From Patescibacteria group bacterium (GTDB lineage: Bacteria; Patescibacteriota; Minisyncoccia; Moranbacterales; GWC2-37-73): a stretch of 60,528 nt of DNA. The stretch is taken from NCBI GenBank assembly GCA_036391995.1, contig DASVYU010000034.1:1-60528 (forward strand). Reading direction: 5' to 3'. The position numbers and the translations under genes are program-made. The notes beneath the pieces are model-generated. The model ran no database searches. It was not told the DNA's origin and saw nothing but the letters and a program-made list of their open reading frames with translations. How positions within the stretch are numbered: the first letter of the stretch is position 1; each line of letters opens with the position of its first letter. Below are positions 1-9,181 of the stretch, piece by piece.

Positions 1-115
1 GGCCGGTTTTTGGTGTTTACGCGCAAAAACAAAAGCTGCTTTTATCTCAAGTAATTCAAATTACTTTATATAATTTTGATCGGGCTCTTCGCCCAATCAA
101 TGCTCATTTGTTACT

Positions 116-1567
116 ATGAAAACAATGAAAAAAAAGCCAGCAAGGAAGGTGCAGCAAAACCGCAACAGCAAAAGCGTTAAGAAAGTCGCGGTGAAAAAAG
201 CGCCAAAGAAATCCGCTTCCAAAAGCGTAGCAAAGAAGGCAACAAAAACTTCCAAATCTAAATCTTCTCAAGTGAAAAAAACAGTGAAACAGAAAGCACA
301 GAAAAAAGCAGCATCCAAAAAGGTGGCGCCAAAGAAAGTCGTTGTCTCAAAAAAGAAGGCAGCTGTCAAAAAAGAAGCTCCAAAGGCCAAGAAGCAGGAA
401 AAGAAAGCAGTTGCCAAGGCGCCAGTACAGAAAAAGAAAGTTGTTGAAATTCCTCAAGAAGAAACGCCTGAAAAGATCGATGTAGTGGCGGAGCTTATCG
501 AGCGCGGACGCGTGCGCGGCTTTGTTACTGAGGATGAGATCATCCATCTTATTCCGGAAGTGGAAGAGGAATTGGATGAGTTGGAAAATCTTTACGAGAA
601 ATTGGAAACGGCTGGTATCAAAGTCGTGATTTCCGACGACATGCTCAAGATCGAGGCTGACAAAGAAGTGGAAGCCTACGAGAAGAGCAAGAAGGACAAG
701 ACGACAGACATGATGATTTCGGAAAGCATCGAGGATAGCTCGTCTGATCTGGTGCAGATGTATCTTAGAGAAATCGGCCGCGTGCCACTGCTTAAATCCG
801 AAGAAGAAGTCAGACTGGCCAAGCTTAATGAAAAAGGAGATCTGATGGCCAAGCAGAAATTGACTGAAGCCAATCTTCGCTTGGTTGTAAGTATTGCCAA
901 GAAATATGTAGGCCGCTCACACAACCTTTCGCTTTTGGATCTCATTCAGGAAGGCAACATCGGTCTTTTCCGCGCCGTGGAAAAATTCGATTACAGAAAA
1001 GGTTACAAGTTCTCGACCTATGCCACTTGGTGGATCCGCCAAGCCATCACACGCGCCCTGGCTGACCAATCCAGAACGATCCGCATCCCAGTGCACATGG
1101 TGGAAACGATCAACAAATACACTCAGGTAACAAGAAGATTGGTGCAGGAATTGGGACGCGAGCCATTGCCGGAAGAAATCGCCGCTGAAATGAACATGGA
1201 AGTGGACAAGATCCGTCACATCCAGAAGATTTCCCAAGAAACCGTTTCTTTGGAAACTTCAGTGGGCGACAGCGATGATGACAGCGTGCTGGGAGATTTC
1301 ATTGAGGATACTGAAACTGTCATGCCTCACCAGGTCGCTTCCAGGAAACTCCTCAAAAATCATGTGGGCGAAGTGCTCAGAGAGCTTTCTCCGCGCGAGC
1401 AGAAGATCCTTAAGATACGTTTCGGATTGGAAGATGGTGTGACGCACACTCTGGAAGAAGTCGGCAAGGAATTCGGCGTGACGCGCGAGCGTATCCGTCA
1501 GATCGAAGCCAAAGCGCTCGACAAGATCCGCGCACATCAAGCGATCAGCAAGCTGAAGGATTACTAG
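116..1567 (+). CDS. rpoD: RNA polymerase primary sigma factor RpoD with long Lys/Ala-rich N-terminal extension
   Basis: Region 1.2 [11 protein letters not shown]; region 2 [13 protein letters not shown]...[10 protein letters not shown]...[17 protein letters not shown]; region 4 [21 protein letters not shown]. Confidence 0.97.
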   Translation: MKTMKKKPARKVQQNRNSKSVKKVAVKKAPKKSASKSVAKKATKTSKSKSSQVKKTVKQKAQKKAASKKVAPKKVVVSKKKAAVKKEAPKAKKQEKKAVAKAPVQKKKVVEIPQEETPEKIDVVAELIERGRVRGFVTEDEIIHLIPEVEEELDELENLYEKLETAGIKVVISDDMLKIEADKEVEAYEKSKKDKTTDMMISESIEDSSSDLVQMYLREIGRVPLLKSEEEVRLAKLNEKGDLMAKQKLTEANLRLVVSIAKKYVGRSHNLSLLDLIQEGNIGLFRAVEKFDYRKGYKFSTYATWWIRQAITRALADQSRTIRIPVHMVETINKYTQVTRRLVQELGREPLPEEIAAEMNMEVDKIRHIQKISQETVSLETSVGDSDDDSVLGDFIEDTETVMPHQVASRKLLKNHVGEVLRELSPREQKILKIRFGLEDGVTHTLEEVGKEFGVTRERIRQIEAKALDKIRAHQAISKLKDY

Positions 1568-1588
1568 GAAATAAAGCAAATTTGATAA

Positions 1589-1620
1589 AATAAAACACAT
1601 CCTCAAAGATGTGTTTTATT
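1589..1620. terminator. Bidirectional intrinsic terminator after rpoD
   Basis: 13-bp perfect stem AATAAAACACATC / GATGTGTTTTATT with 6-nt loop; ends 3 bp before the inferred left att junction. Confidence 0.8.
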
Positions 1621-1621
1621 A

Positions 1622-1714
1622 ATGCTCTCAGTCGTGGATGAAGTTAGAACCGCAATTCAAGAAACTACAGAGCATATCCACATACCAAATCTTACCCCAA
1701 AATCATTATCCTAG
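1622..1714 (+). other. Orphan 30-codon reading frame, probably the detached C-terminal tail of recombinase 1
   Basis: Reads (M)LSVVDEVRTAIQETTEHIHIPNLTPKSLS*; aligns with WLPIVDVFRR (7392) and WLRDQDSN (10627). Confidence 0.65.
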
Positions 1715-2019
1715 CCTTAACATTTTTCTACCACACAATTCTTTCCACATTTTTCAACCCTGTTTTTCGCACTCAGTATCTTACCCTTTCTTTTCAGTAT
1801 ATAAACTGTATCAAAATAACTGCTACATTAGCCCACACTTCTTCAGCCATAACTTTCTACACTTTTACAGGAAAACCCCCTGGACGCTCAAATATGACTT
1901 CCAGCAGTGTATCCTATGACGCTAACTGGGGTGCTTATGTTACCAACAATATCTTTTTTCAAATCTAAACCATTCGCTCCTATAACTGGTTGCCACCCTG
2001 CGACGATATAGACATACTG

Positions 2020-4383
2020 TTAGGATTCAATTTTGCCATTTTTCATTTTCACTGGTAAAGTTGTTTCCAGTTTTTCGTTGAAATTTCTGTCATGGCTGAT
2101 TGATATAAAGGTCACATCCGCATTTCTCTTTTTCTCCACGTTGATTATTTCAGCAATTTTCATGGCAGTTTTCTCATCAACTGAAGCGGTAGGCTCATCC
2201 AAAAAAACAATTCTGGAATTATTCTTCCTCATTTTAAGAATCGCTCGCGCCAATCCAATTCTTGATGTTTCTCCGCCTGAGGTTGTTCCAACATCTCCGC
2301 GACCCCCTTTTAACTTTTCATTCAGATTTGGAAACCTGTCGCTTAGACCCACTTCCTTCAATACTTCTCGAATCTCACTTTCCGAAACATCTCCCGAAAT
2401 TCCAAATACCAGATTTTTCTTGACCGTATCCTCAAGTATATATGGGAACTGTGAAAGGTAGGCTATTTTACTGTAAATCGAATCACTGCCACTCTTTTTT
2501 ATATTTTCCAGTTCAGTTCCACCAACCTCAACTGTTCCCTCAGTAGGTTTGTAGTATCCTGCCAATACTTTAAGTAGGGTGGTTTTCCCCGCACCTGACA
2601 ACCCCTCAAGCGACACCAATGAACCGCCTGGGATTTCCAAATTTATGTTGTCCAGTATCTTTTTATTATCAAATTCAACCCCTACATTTTGCAGCCGTAT
2701 ATCATTACCTTTCAGTTCACCCATTCCAACTCTATCTTTTTCTTTTTCCTTTTCTTCTTCGGCATATCCGTTGAACATCGTTTCCATTTGAACTATATCC
2801 CTAAACGAAGCCATCAAATCCCGCCTAGAACTCAGTATACTAGAAATACCCTGGTTGAAATTTCCCGAATAAAGCAGTGAGGCGATAAATTTATCGGAAG
2901 TTCCACCTGCAAAGTAGGTTGCAATTCCCGCAATTATGAAGTTCAGCATCTTTGTGGATTCCGCAACCTTGTTTCTGACAACTTTTATGAAAGTTTTGTC
3001 TGACATTGCCACCCGCTCTTTGGATAACAATTCTTCAATTTCATCGGCAAATTTTTCTTTTTCCCCTGAAAGTATGACCTCCATGTGAGCATTAAGGAGT
3101 TCTTCCATTTTTTGCGCCATTTTCTCTGCCTCATTTTCAGCCCTACTTTGTTTTTCCCAGAATTTACCCTTTTTGTGAACATACCTATCAATTATCATCA
3201 TGGCTCCCGCTCCTACGGCGGTTCCTGCTGCCAATACGGGACTTTTTTCGTAAAGCATGGCAGCACTTGTAGCCAAGGTGACAGTCGCAGGCAACACACT
3301 AAAACTTATCGTCCTCAGTATTTCCTCATAACTGGATTTTGCGTTGGCAATTCTACCCTTTATTCTCTCCATACCAAATTTACCCACTTCATCACCAGGG
3401 AATTCTGATATATTTTCTGACAAATAATCGGCATACCCTTCTTTTTTCTGAAAGTTCTGGTCGAGAAAATCCTTAAACTGTCTTTCAATCAATGCGGAGC
3501 CTCCAGCTGAAGCCGCTGAGAGTAGGGCAAACAGTCCTATTTGAGCCATTTCAATCTTGTCTCCCTTAAACGCATTAGCGAGAAACATTGGGGCGTATCC
3601 CTCCAAAAAAGCAGGAACCATCAGAGCGGCTGACAGGCCGACATATTTAGTTTTGTCGCCTGACATAAATCTTGAAAAAATATCCCTCACTTTTGATAAC
3701 ACCTTTATGTCATGGATTTCAAGACTATCCAATTTTTCTATATTACAAGTTTGTATCAATTCCTCGATTTCTTTCCGTTCAAATCCAGCCTGTTCATATT
3801 TTCCATACACTTTTTCCACCAATGCGCCCTTCTTTTCGTCCTTGGAATAAAAATTCAACTTTCTAGCCTGGTTTTCCTTGATGATTAAATCTTCTGCCTC
3901 TCCCACATTATTTCTGAATTGTGCGGCGTTGTGTGCCAATCTATATGAATCGAAATATGCACGCAATTCTTCAAACAGTTCTTTTTCAGCAGGTTCAATT
4001 TTTTCCACAGACTCATCATCAAAAACAACCACCATGTTCCCCTCGGGGTCTTCACTAAAACTTTCAATTTTTTTCGTATCTTTCCCATAGTGAGCCATGT
4101 CAAACATCAACTGCTTTATTTTCTGTTCAGTTTTTGTATCAATTCCATCCACATACTCGCTCGCTACGATTTTCCCTTTTATTTCTCTCCTTATTTCAAG
4201 CATGTCCAAAACCAGTTCTTTCGGTAGTTCTTCCGTGCCAAACATTTCCCTAACTGAACCTTTGACGGATTCTAAATATTGTTTTTTTGAATCCATTAAC
4301 TCACCCCTTTCGGTGCCTAGTTCTTTTTTGGGTTCTAGTTTTGGTTTTTCTGAAACAGGCATTGGCATATATTGCTCTTTCAT
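2020..4383 (-). CDS. ABC transporter, fused permease/ATPase, with about 240-aa acidic N-terminal extension
   Basis: Hydrophobic TM block; Walker A GLSGAGKTT; signature-like TSGGE; Walker B VFLDEPT; H-loop SHD. Confidence 0.88.
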   Translation of the reverse strand: MKEQYMPMPVSEKPKLEPKKELGTERGELMDSKKQYLESVKGSVREMFGTEELPKELVLDMLEIRREIKGKIVASEYVDGIDTKTEQKIKQLMFDMAHYGKDTKKIESFSEDPEGNMVVVFDDESVEKIEPAEKELFEELRAYFDSYRLAHNAAQFRNNVGEAEDLIIKENQARKLNFYSKDEKKGALVEKVYGKYEQAGFERKEIEELIQTCNIEKLDSLEIHDIKVLSKVRDIFSRFMSGDKTKYVGLSAALMVPAFLEGYAPMFLANAFKGDKIEMAQIGLFALLSAASAGGSALIERQFKDFLDQNFQKKEGYADYLSENISEFPGDEVGKFGMERIKGRIANAKSSYEEILRTISFSVLPATVTLATSAAMLYEKSPVLAAGTAVGAGAMMIIDRYVHKKGKFWEKQSRAENEAEKMAQKMEELLNAHMEVILSGEKEKFADEIEELLSKERVAMSDKTFIKVVRNKVAESTKMLNFIIAGIATYFAGGTSDKFIASLLYSGNFNQGISSILSSRRDLMASFRDIVQMETMFNGYAEEEKEKEKDRVGMGELKGNDIRLQNVGVEFDNKKILDNINLEIPGGSLVSLEGLSGAGKTTLLKVLAGYYKPTEGTVEVGGTELENIKKSGSDSIYSKIAYLSQFPYILEDTVKKNLVFGISGDVSESEIREVLKEVGLSDRFPNLNEKLKGGRGDVGTTSGGETSRIGLARAILKMRKNNSRIVFLDEPTASVDEKTAMKIAEIINVEKKRNADVTFISISHDRNFNEKLETTLPVKMKNGKIES

Positions 4384-4493
4384 ATAGTTTGCAGTGTATT
4401 ATATTATTTCCATTGTGCTATATAGTTCGTTTTGATATATTTAGTATATAAATTTACCTGTAAAATAGCAATGATTGCAGGGAAAACAAAAAC

Positions 4494-5321
4494 ATGGAAG
4501 AAAAAGACATTGAAGAACAGGCTGGCGATACCATGAAACTTATCCTGGACCAAATTTGGCTCCATTTTTTACAGTCGCGCCAGGGTAGTGATGAAACATG
4601 GTATGAACTTGTTGACCCTGAAAAAAATCCTGTGGCAGGCTCACATAACGAACAGGAAGGTCTTTTAGATAAAATTGAACACTGGAATCCTCCCATTATT
4701 CAAGGCAGAAAATACAATTCTGAAAAGAACAGGACGGAATTTACCATTGTCCACCCACATTTTGAAAAGTTTTACAAAACTTTTGCCAATCCGCGGGAAG
4801 CCTATGCAAGATACAGAATCGGAATGGTTATCCCTATTCAGCTTCCCGACGGAACTACCTGGGAGCATATCACGGTAAAATTCCTCAATGGCAATGATGT
4901 AAAAATTACTCTGCTCAATCACCCTGAATTTTCCCACCAAACTTCCTACAACGAAATGGGGTTCAGAAACAACAAGAATCAAGCCCCAAACAAGCAATGG
5001 GAACTTCTCCTAGCATTAGCACAAAACAGCGGTTCCATATTTTGGAGTAGCACTTCCAATCTCCCTCAGAAAATGATAAACAACCTCAAATCTCAGAAAA
5101 TGCTTTTGTCCAAGAAACTTGAGGCATATTTCCAACTCAAAGATGACCCATTTTTTGATTACAATACGCAAGACGGATACAAAATCAAAATGACACTTGT
5201 TCCAGAGAAAGCAGAGAGCAAAGCACCTAAGAGCAAAGATGATGACCTCGGCATAGTTGAAGCCTACAATGAGCAAGCAACTCAAGCCTGGGAGGATGAG
5301 CCTCGAGAGGAGCAATGGTAA
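4494..5321 (+). CDS. Hypothetical protein, possible C-terminal winged-helix DNA-binding domain
   Basis: 275-aa ORF; C-terminal KQWELLLALAQ...KMLLSKKLEAYF...GYKI resembles an OmpR-type wHTH by eye. Confidence 0.65.
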   Translation: MEEKDIEEQAGDTMKLILDQIWLHFLQSRQGSDETWYELVDPEKNPVAGSHNEQEGLLDKIEHWNPPIIQGRKYNSEKNRTEFTIVHPHFEKFYKTFANPREAYARYRIGMVIPIQLPDGTTWEHITVKFLNGNDVKITLLNHPEFSHQTSYNEMGFRNNKNQAPNKQWELLLALAQNSGSIFWSSTSNLPQKMINNLKSQKMLLSKKLEAYFQLKDDPFFDYNTQDGYKIKMTLVPEKAESKAPKSKDDDLGIVEAYNEQATQAWEDEPREEQW

Positions 5322-5363
5322 AATTTAGCCTTCGGTGAATTCACCCACCAATATTTTTTTCGC

Positions 5364-5390
5364 AAAAGCCTTTTTTCAAGGGCTTTTTTG
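5364..5390 (+). terminator. Intrinsic terminator
   Basis: AAAAGCC / GGCTTTT stem followed by a T tract after the 4494-5321 ORF. Confidence 0.55.
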
Positions 5391-5443
5391 TTTTTCTCAG
5401 TTATTTTTCACCATATAGAAATAGAGAACTAAACCCTATTTCT

Positions 5444-5722
5444 ATGCAACTAACTGACAAACAAATTGAAGATTTCCAACTTCTTTGGAAAAATCGCTTC
5501 GGCTATGACCTTCCTCGCAAAGAGGCTTTTGAGCAAGGAACTAAACTTGTCCGTCTTATGGAACTTATCTATCAGCCTATGACTGTTTCCGATTATGAGA
5601 TTATCCAGAAAATGCGTGCTGAAAGAATCAATAAGTCTGAAAGGCTAAACAACACAGAAAATTCCACAGGGGGCAGACAATATGTCGTAAAGCGTATCAA
5701 GTCGGGAGCAGAAAAACAGTGA
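5444..5722 (+). CDS. Small recombinase-associated hypothetical protein (92 aa)
   Basis: Directly upstream of recombinase 1; homologous by eye to 8780-8947. Confidence 0.75.
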   Translation: MQLTDKQIEDFQLLWKNRFGYDLPRKEAFEQGTKLVRLMELIYQPMTVSDYEIIQKMRAERINKSERLNNTENSTGGRQYVVKRIKSGAEKQ

Positions 5723-5795
5723 AATTATAGGTGTGAATAAGTGCCTAAATATGGCTTGTTTTAGCCAAATTATGTGATATACTCCATCCAAACAA

Positions 5796-7490
5796 ATGAA
5801 CGAAAACAACCAAAAAATAGGATATATTGTCTATACCAGGAAGTCCACGGAAGGTGATGAGAAACAGGCTTTGAGTATAGATAGCCAGAGGGAAAAAGCC
5901 ATGGAGATTTTTCCTGATTTGCGTATTGTCGATGTTGTGGAAGAAAAAAAGAGTGCGTTCACCCCATACAATCGCCCAGTTTTTGCTGAAATGCTAACAC
6001 GGATTAAGCGCGGAGAGGCGCAAGGTATCATTGCTTGGCATCCTGACAGACTTTCCCGCAATGAAATTGACGGCGGTTTGATTACTTTCATGCTTCGCCA
6101 AAAAGAAATTTTGGATTTGAAGTTCTGTTCCTATACTTTCGACAATTCTCCTGAAGGTATCATGTTTTTGCAACTAGCACTTTCGCAGTCTCAGTATTCT
6201 TCCGCTAAATTGAGCAAGGATGTGAAACGGGGTTTGGAAAAGAAGCTAAAAATGGGGTGGCTTCCTGGGGTTGCTCCGTCTGGATATTTGAACAATAAAC
6301 TGGCACAAAAAGGTGAAAAAGAAATACTGGTTGACCCTAACAGATTTCCCCTGATACGCAAAGCCTGGGATTTGCTTTTGACAGGCAGTTATACTGTCCC
6401 TCAAATTCTCTACAAACTAAACCACGAATGGGGTTATCGAACTATCAAGCGAACTAAAGAAGGTGGCAACCCCATGTCTCGCAGTGCTTTGTATAAAATT
6501 TTCACTAATAGTTTCTACGCTGGACCCTTCGAATACAGCGGTAAGATATATCAGGGTAAGCACGACCCCATGATAACACTCGAAGAATTTGACCATGCTC
6601 AAATCATACTTGGCCGCAGTGGAAAACCTCGACCACAAAAATACTCATTTTCTTTTTCTGGAACTTTTCGTTGTGCTGAATGTGGTTGCTTGTATGTGGC
6701 TGAAAAAAAGCACAAGGTTATCAAAGGCACTGGCGAAGTCCGTTCCTATATCTATTATCATTGTTCCCATTCTAAGCCAAATTATCGTTGCTCTCAGCGT
6801 TCAAGTATAACGCAAGAGAGACTAGAACTATTAGTATCTACGGAATTAGAAAACTGGACAATTCTTCCTGAATTCAGACAGTGGGCTGTAGACGCTCTAA
6901 GTAGCTCACATAAGAAAGAGGTTGAGGCTAGGAGCAAGATATATGAAACTCTACACAAAGAACTTGTATCCCTTCAGTCAAAAGAGGATAAATTGATTGA
7001 TATGCGTTGTTCAGGACTCATTGATGACGACAAATACACGGAAAGAGCCGCTGAAATGCAAAAGAGAAAGAAAGAGGTGCAGGAACTACTACGCGACACT
7101 GAGAATCGTGCTGACAAGTGGGTTGCTCTCACTGAAAAGACTTTTGATTTCGTCACCTATGCTCTTCAGTCTTTCGTTTCTGGCGACGCTCAAATTAAAA
7201 AGGAGATTATATTAGCTCTATCATCGAACCAGAAAATAAAGGACGGAAAACTCTTTGTTTCAGCTAACAAATGGTTGCAGCCTATTGGAAACAGCTATCC
7301 TGCCCTCAAAGAAGAATATCTTACACTAGAACCGCTGGAAACAGTATCAAATAAAGCAAAAACGGAGGCTTTGGATGCTCTCCGTCTACGATGGCTCCCA
7401 ATAGTTGATGTATTCAGAAGGCTTGGACAAAGGAAAATGGAAGAATCGTTTGCAATCTTGGAAATGAATTTTGCTCAATATGCCATATAG
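5796..7490 (+). CDS. Large serine recombinase 1 (resolvase + recombinase + zinc ribbon + coiled coil)
   Basis: Catalytic YTRKST; HPDRLSRN; alpha-E LSKDVKRGL; zinc ribbon CAECG...YYHC. Confidence 0.95.
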   Translation: MNENNQKIGYIVYTRKSTEGDEKQALSIDSQREKAMEIFPDLRIVDVVEEKKSAFTPYNRPVFAEMLTRIKRGEAQGIIAWHPDRLSRNEIDGGLITFMLRQKEILDLKFCSYTFDNSPEGIMFLQLALSQSQYSSAKLSKDVKRGLEKKLKMGWLPGVAPSGYLNNKLAQKGEKEILVDPNRFPLIRKAWDLLLTGSYTVPQILYKLNHEWGYRTIKRTKEGGNPMSRSALYKIFTNSFYAGPFEYSGKIYQGKHDPMITLEEFDHAQIILGRSGKPRPQKYSFSFSGTFRCAECGCLYVAEKKHKVIKGTGEVRSYIYYHCSHSKPNYRCSQRSSITQERLELLVSTELENWTILPEFRQWAVDALSSSHKKEVEARSKIYETLHKELVSLQSKEDKLIDMRCSGLIDDDKYTERAAEMQKRKKEVQELLRDTENRADKWVALTEKTFDFVTYALQSFVSGDAQIKKEIILALSSNQKIKDGKLFVSANKWLQPIGNSYPALKEEYLTLEPLETVSNKAKTEALDALRLRWLPIVDVFRRLGQRKMEESFAILEMNFAQYAI

Positions 7491-7589
7491 AGCCTGCTCT
7501 ACTTATAAAAATATAGATATGAAATTTATAAAAAAAGTCGCCACAGGTTTCCCTAATGACGACTTGAAGGTCTTTGACTGCCAACTTCG

Positions 7590-8153
7590 TTATTCAACGA
7601 TTTCAACAGTCGGACATATTTTTTGCTTCTTAGCTTTTGCGAATTCAACAAACATCTTGTATGTTTCCGATTTTTTTACAGCTTTCGTCATACAGAGGAG
7701 TATTACAAACACCGCAACGCCTGCCACCCAGCTCCAAAAAAATCCTGAGAAGACAGTGTGCTTTGCAATGCCCACAATGGTTGACCTTCCCACCATCATC
7801 GTGTCTTTTGGGTTAAAAAGGATGAAAGCCACAGCCACCCCGTATATAGGGTATACTCTCCAGCCTTTTATCGTGGGCCACTTGTCATAAGGAATGAGTG
7901 AATCACCTTTGTAGTCACCCTTGAATACTGGTGGCCTGTGCGCTATCCAAAAACCCAAAGTATAGCCGATGGCGGGAAAGAAGATATAGAAAATAAAATG
8001 TATCGCGCAGTAGGCAATTCCTACAATAGGCCAGCCAATGAAAAACATAAGCAAAAAACGCCAGAACAGTTTGCACAGATTTGTTTTTCTTGGACACCCA
8101 CCTGACAATCCATACGCAACCTTGTAAACGAAGCCCTCTTTCTTTATTTTCAT
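7590..8153 (-). CDS. Hypothetical membrane protein (probable start 8153, MKIKKEG)
   Basis: SD AAAGGAG upstream of ATG 8153; several hydrophobic segments; cargo of element 2. Confidence 0.75.
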   Translation of the reverse strand: MKIKKEGFVYKVAYGLSGGCPRKTNLCKLFWRFLLMFFIGWPIVGIAYCAIHFIFYIFFPAIGYTLGFWIAHRPPVFKGDYKGDSLIPYDKWPTIKGWRVYPIYGVAVAFILFNPKDTMMVGRSTIVGIAKHTVFSGFFWSWVAGVAVFVILLCMTKAVKKSETYKMFVEFAKAKKQKICPTVEIVE

Positions 8154-8779
8154 AATCTGCTCCTTTCCGCCAAAGGCGAGTTTGATTTTGTAGCTACAGT
8201 AAAGCAAAAATGGAAGCGAATTGTCAAATAAACTGATGTTTGAGTATACATCCATTTTATAAAATTGTCAAGTATTGAAAATGGCTGAAATAAGCCTTTT
8301 TCAAAAAGTATATCAACAATGAGCAACAGTTTTGGCAAATTTTTTGCACAAAGCAGCTTCTTTTATGTAAAAAATGGCTTATGTAAAGCATTTCATTATC
8401 TTTCAGTGCATAAAATAGGTGCAAAATGATGAGAAAAATGTTGCTCATTCGCACTTTTGCGCTGTTCATTCGTGCTCATTCAGGGTTTATAGGGATTTTT
8501 TGACCACAAATGTCGGTTATTTCAAAAAGGGTGGCAACCTTTACAAGAGGGTCATTTCCTGCTATCATAGGGTATAGTAATTAAGCCAATTTCATAAGTT
8601 TTGGAGAACACTTGGCGTAAATCCAGGAAACAGATAGGCTCTTGAGCCAAATATCCAGCCCTGCAGTAGCTGAGGATAACAAAGCGAACGTATCATCAAC
8701 TTTAGGTTGAGGGCTTTTGTTATCATTTTTCCAAAATTCATATCTCAGAAACCAGCAACCTCAAAGTTCGCTGGTTTTT

Positions 8780-8947
8780 ATGTTATTTGATGAAAAGATA
8801 TTTTATGAAAAATTAAGCAAAAAAGAACTTTCAGGGCAGGAAGTTTTTGCAGCCAAGAGTAACTTGGTCGGCTTTTTTGATTTGCTCTACCAAATTGACA
8901 AGAAAAAGAAGGAGGATAAATCTTCAAGTTCAGCAGGCTCTACATAA
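8780..8947 (+). CDS. Small recombinase-associated protein (55 aa from ATG 8780; 76 aa from TTG 8717)
   Basis: ELSGQEVFAAKSNLVGFFDLLYQ aligns with DLPRKEAFEQGTKLVRLMELIYQ of 5444-5722. Confidence 0.7.
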   Translation: MLFDEKIFYEKLSKKELSGQEVFAAKSNLVGFFDLLYQIDKKKKEDKSSSSAGST

Positions 8948-8995
8948 TAAAAACTTGGAACGGCAGTAGAAAATAATTTTATAAATTCCAAAACA

Positions 8996-9181
8996 ATGAG
9001 TAAAGAGCAACCAATGATAAAATCCAAAAAGGAATTAGAGGCGGCAATAATGGAACTACTAAACGACTATTACAGACTTGAAATTTCAGGAAGAATAAAA
9101 AGAGGCTTGGCTAAGCGAAAAATAGTTTTAGAAAACGCCAAAAGGTCATATAATACACGCAACATTAAGACCAAAAAATGA
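8996..9181 (+). CDS. 61-aa peptide resembling the serine-recombinase alpha-E helix
   Basis: YYRLEISGRIKRGLAKR matches YSSAKLSKDVKRGLEKK of recombinase 1; ATGA overlap with the start of recombinase 2. Confidence 0.7.
   Translation: MSKEQPMIKSKKELEAAIMELLNDYYRLEISGRIKRGLAKRKIVLENAKRSYNTRNIKTKK

Larger units (their letters stand above)
1624..7397 (+). mobile_element. Integrative element 1 (about 5.8 kb): orphan recombinase tail, ABC transporter cargo, wHTH-like protein, small protein, large serine recombinase
   Basis: Bounded by GCTC at 1624-1627 and 7394-7397, both in the same xxG-CTC-(9 nt)-GAT register as the tRNA-Asn 3' junction; contains a serine recombinase. Confidence 0.75.

Noticed and set aside
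1715-2015. Possible gene remnant on the minus strand downstream of the ABC transporter
   Set aside because: All frames are interrupted by stops and there is no recognisable motif; the plus-strand 1638-1919 ORF has non-protein-like composition.
7440-7490. Tail ending ...NFAQYAI as an ssrA-like degradation tag
   Set aside because: Only a vague resemblance; it lacks the terminal AA/LAA. Left as a testable idea under the tail-swap finding.
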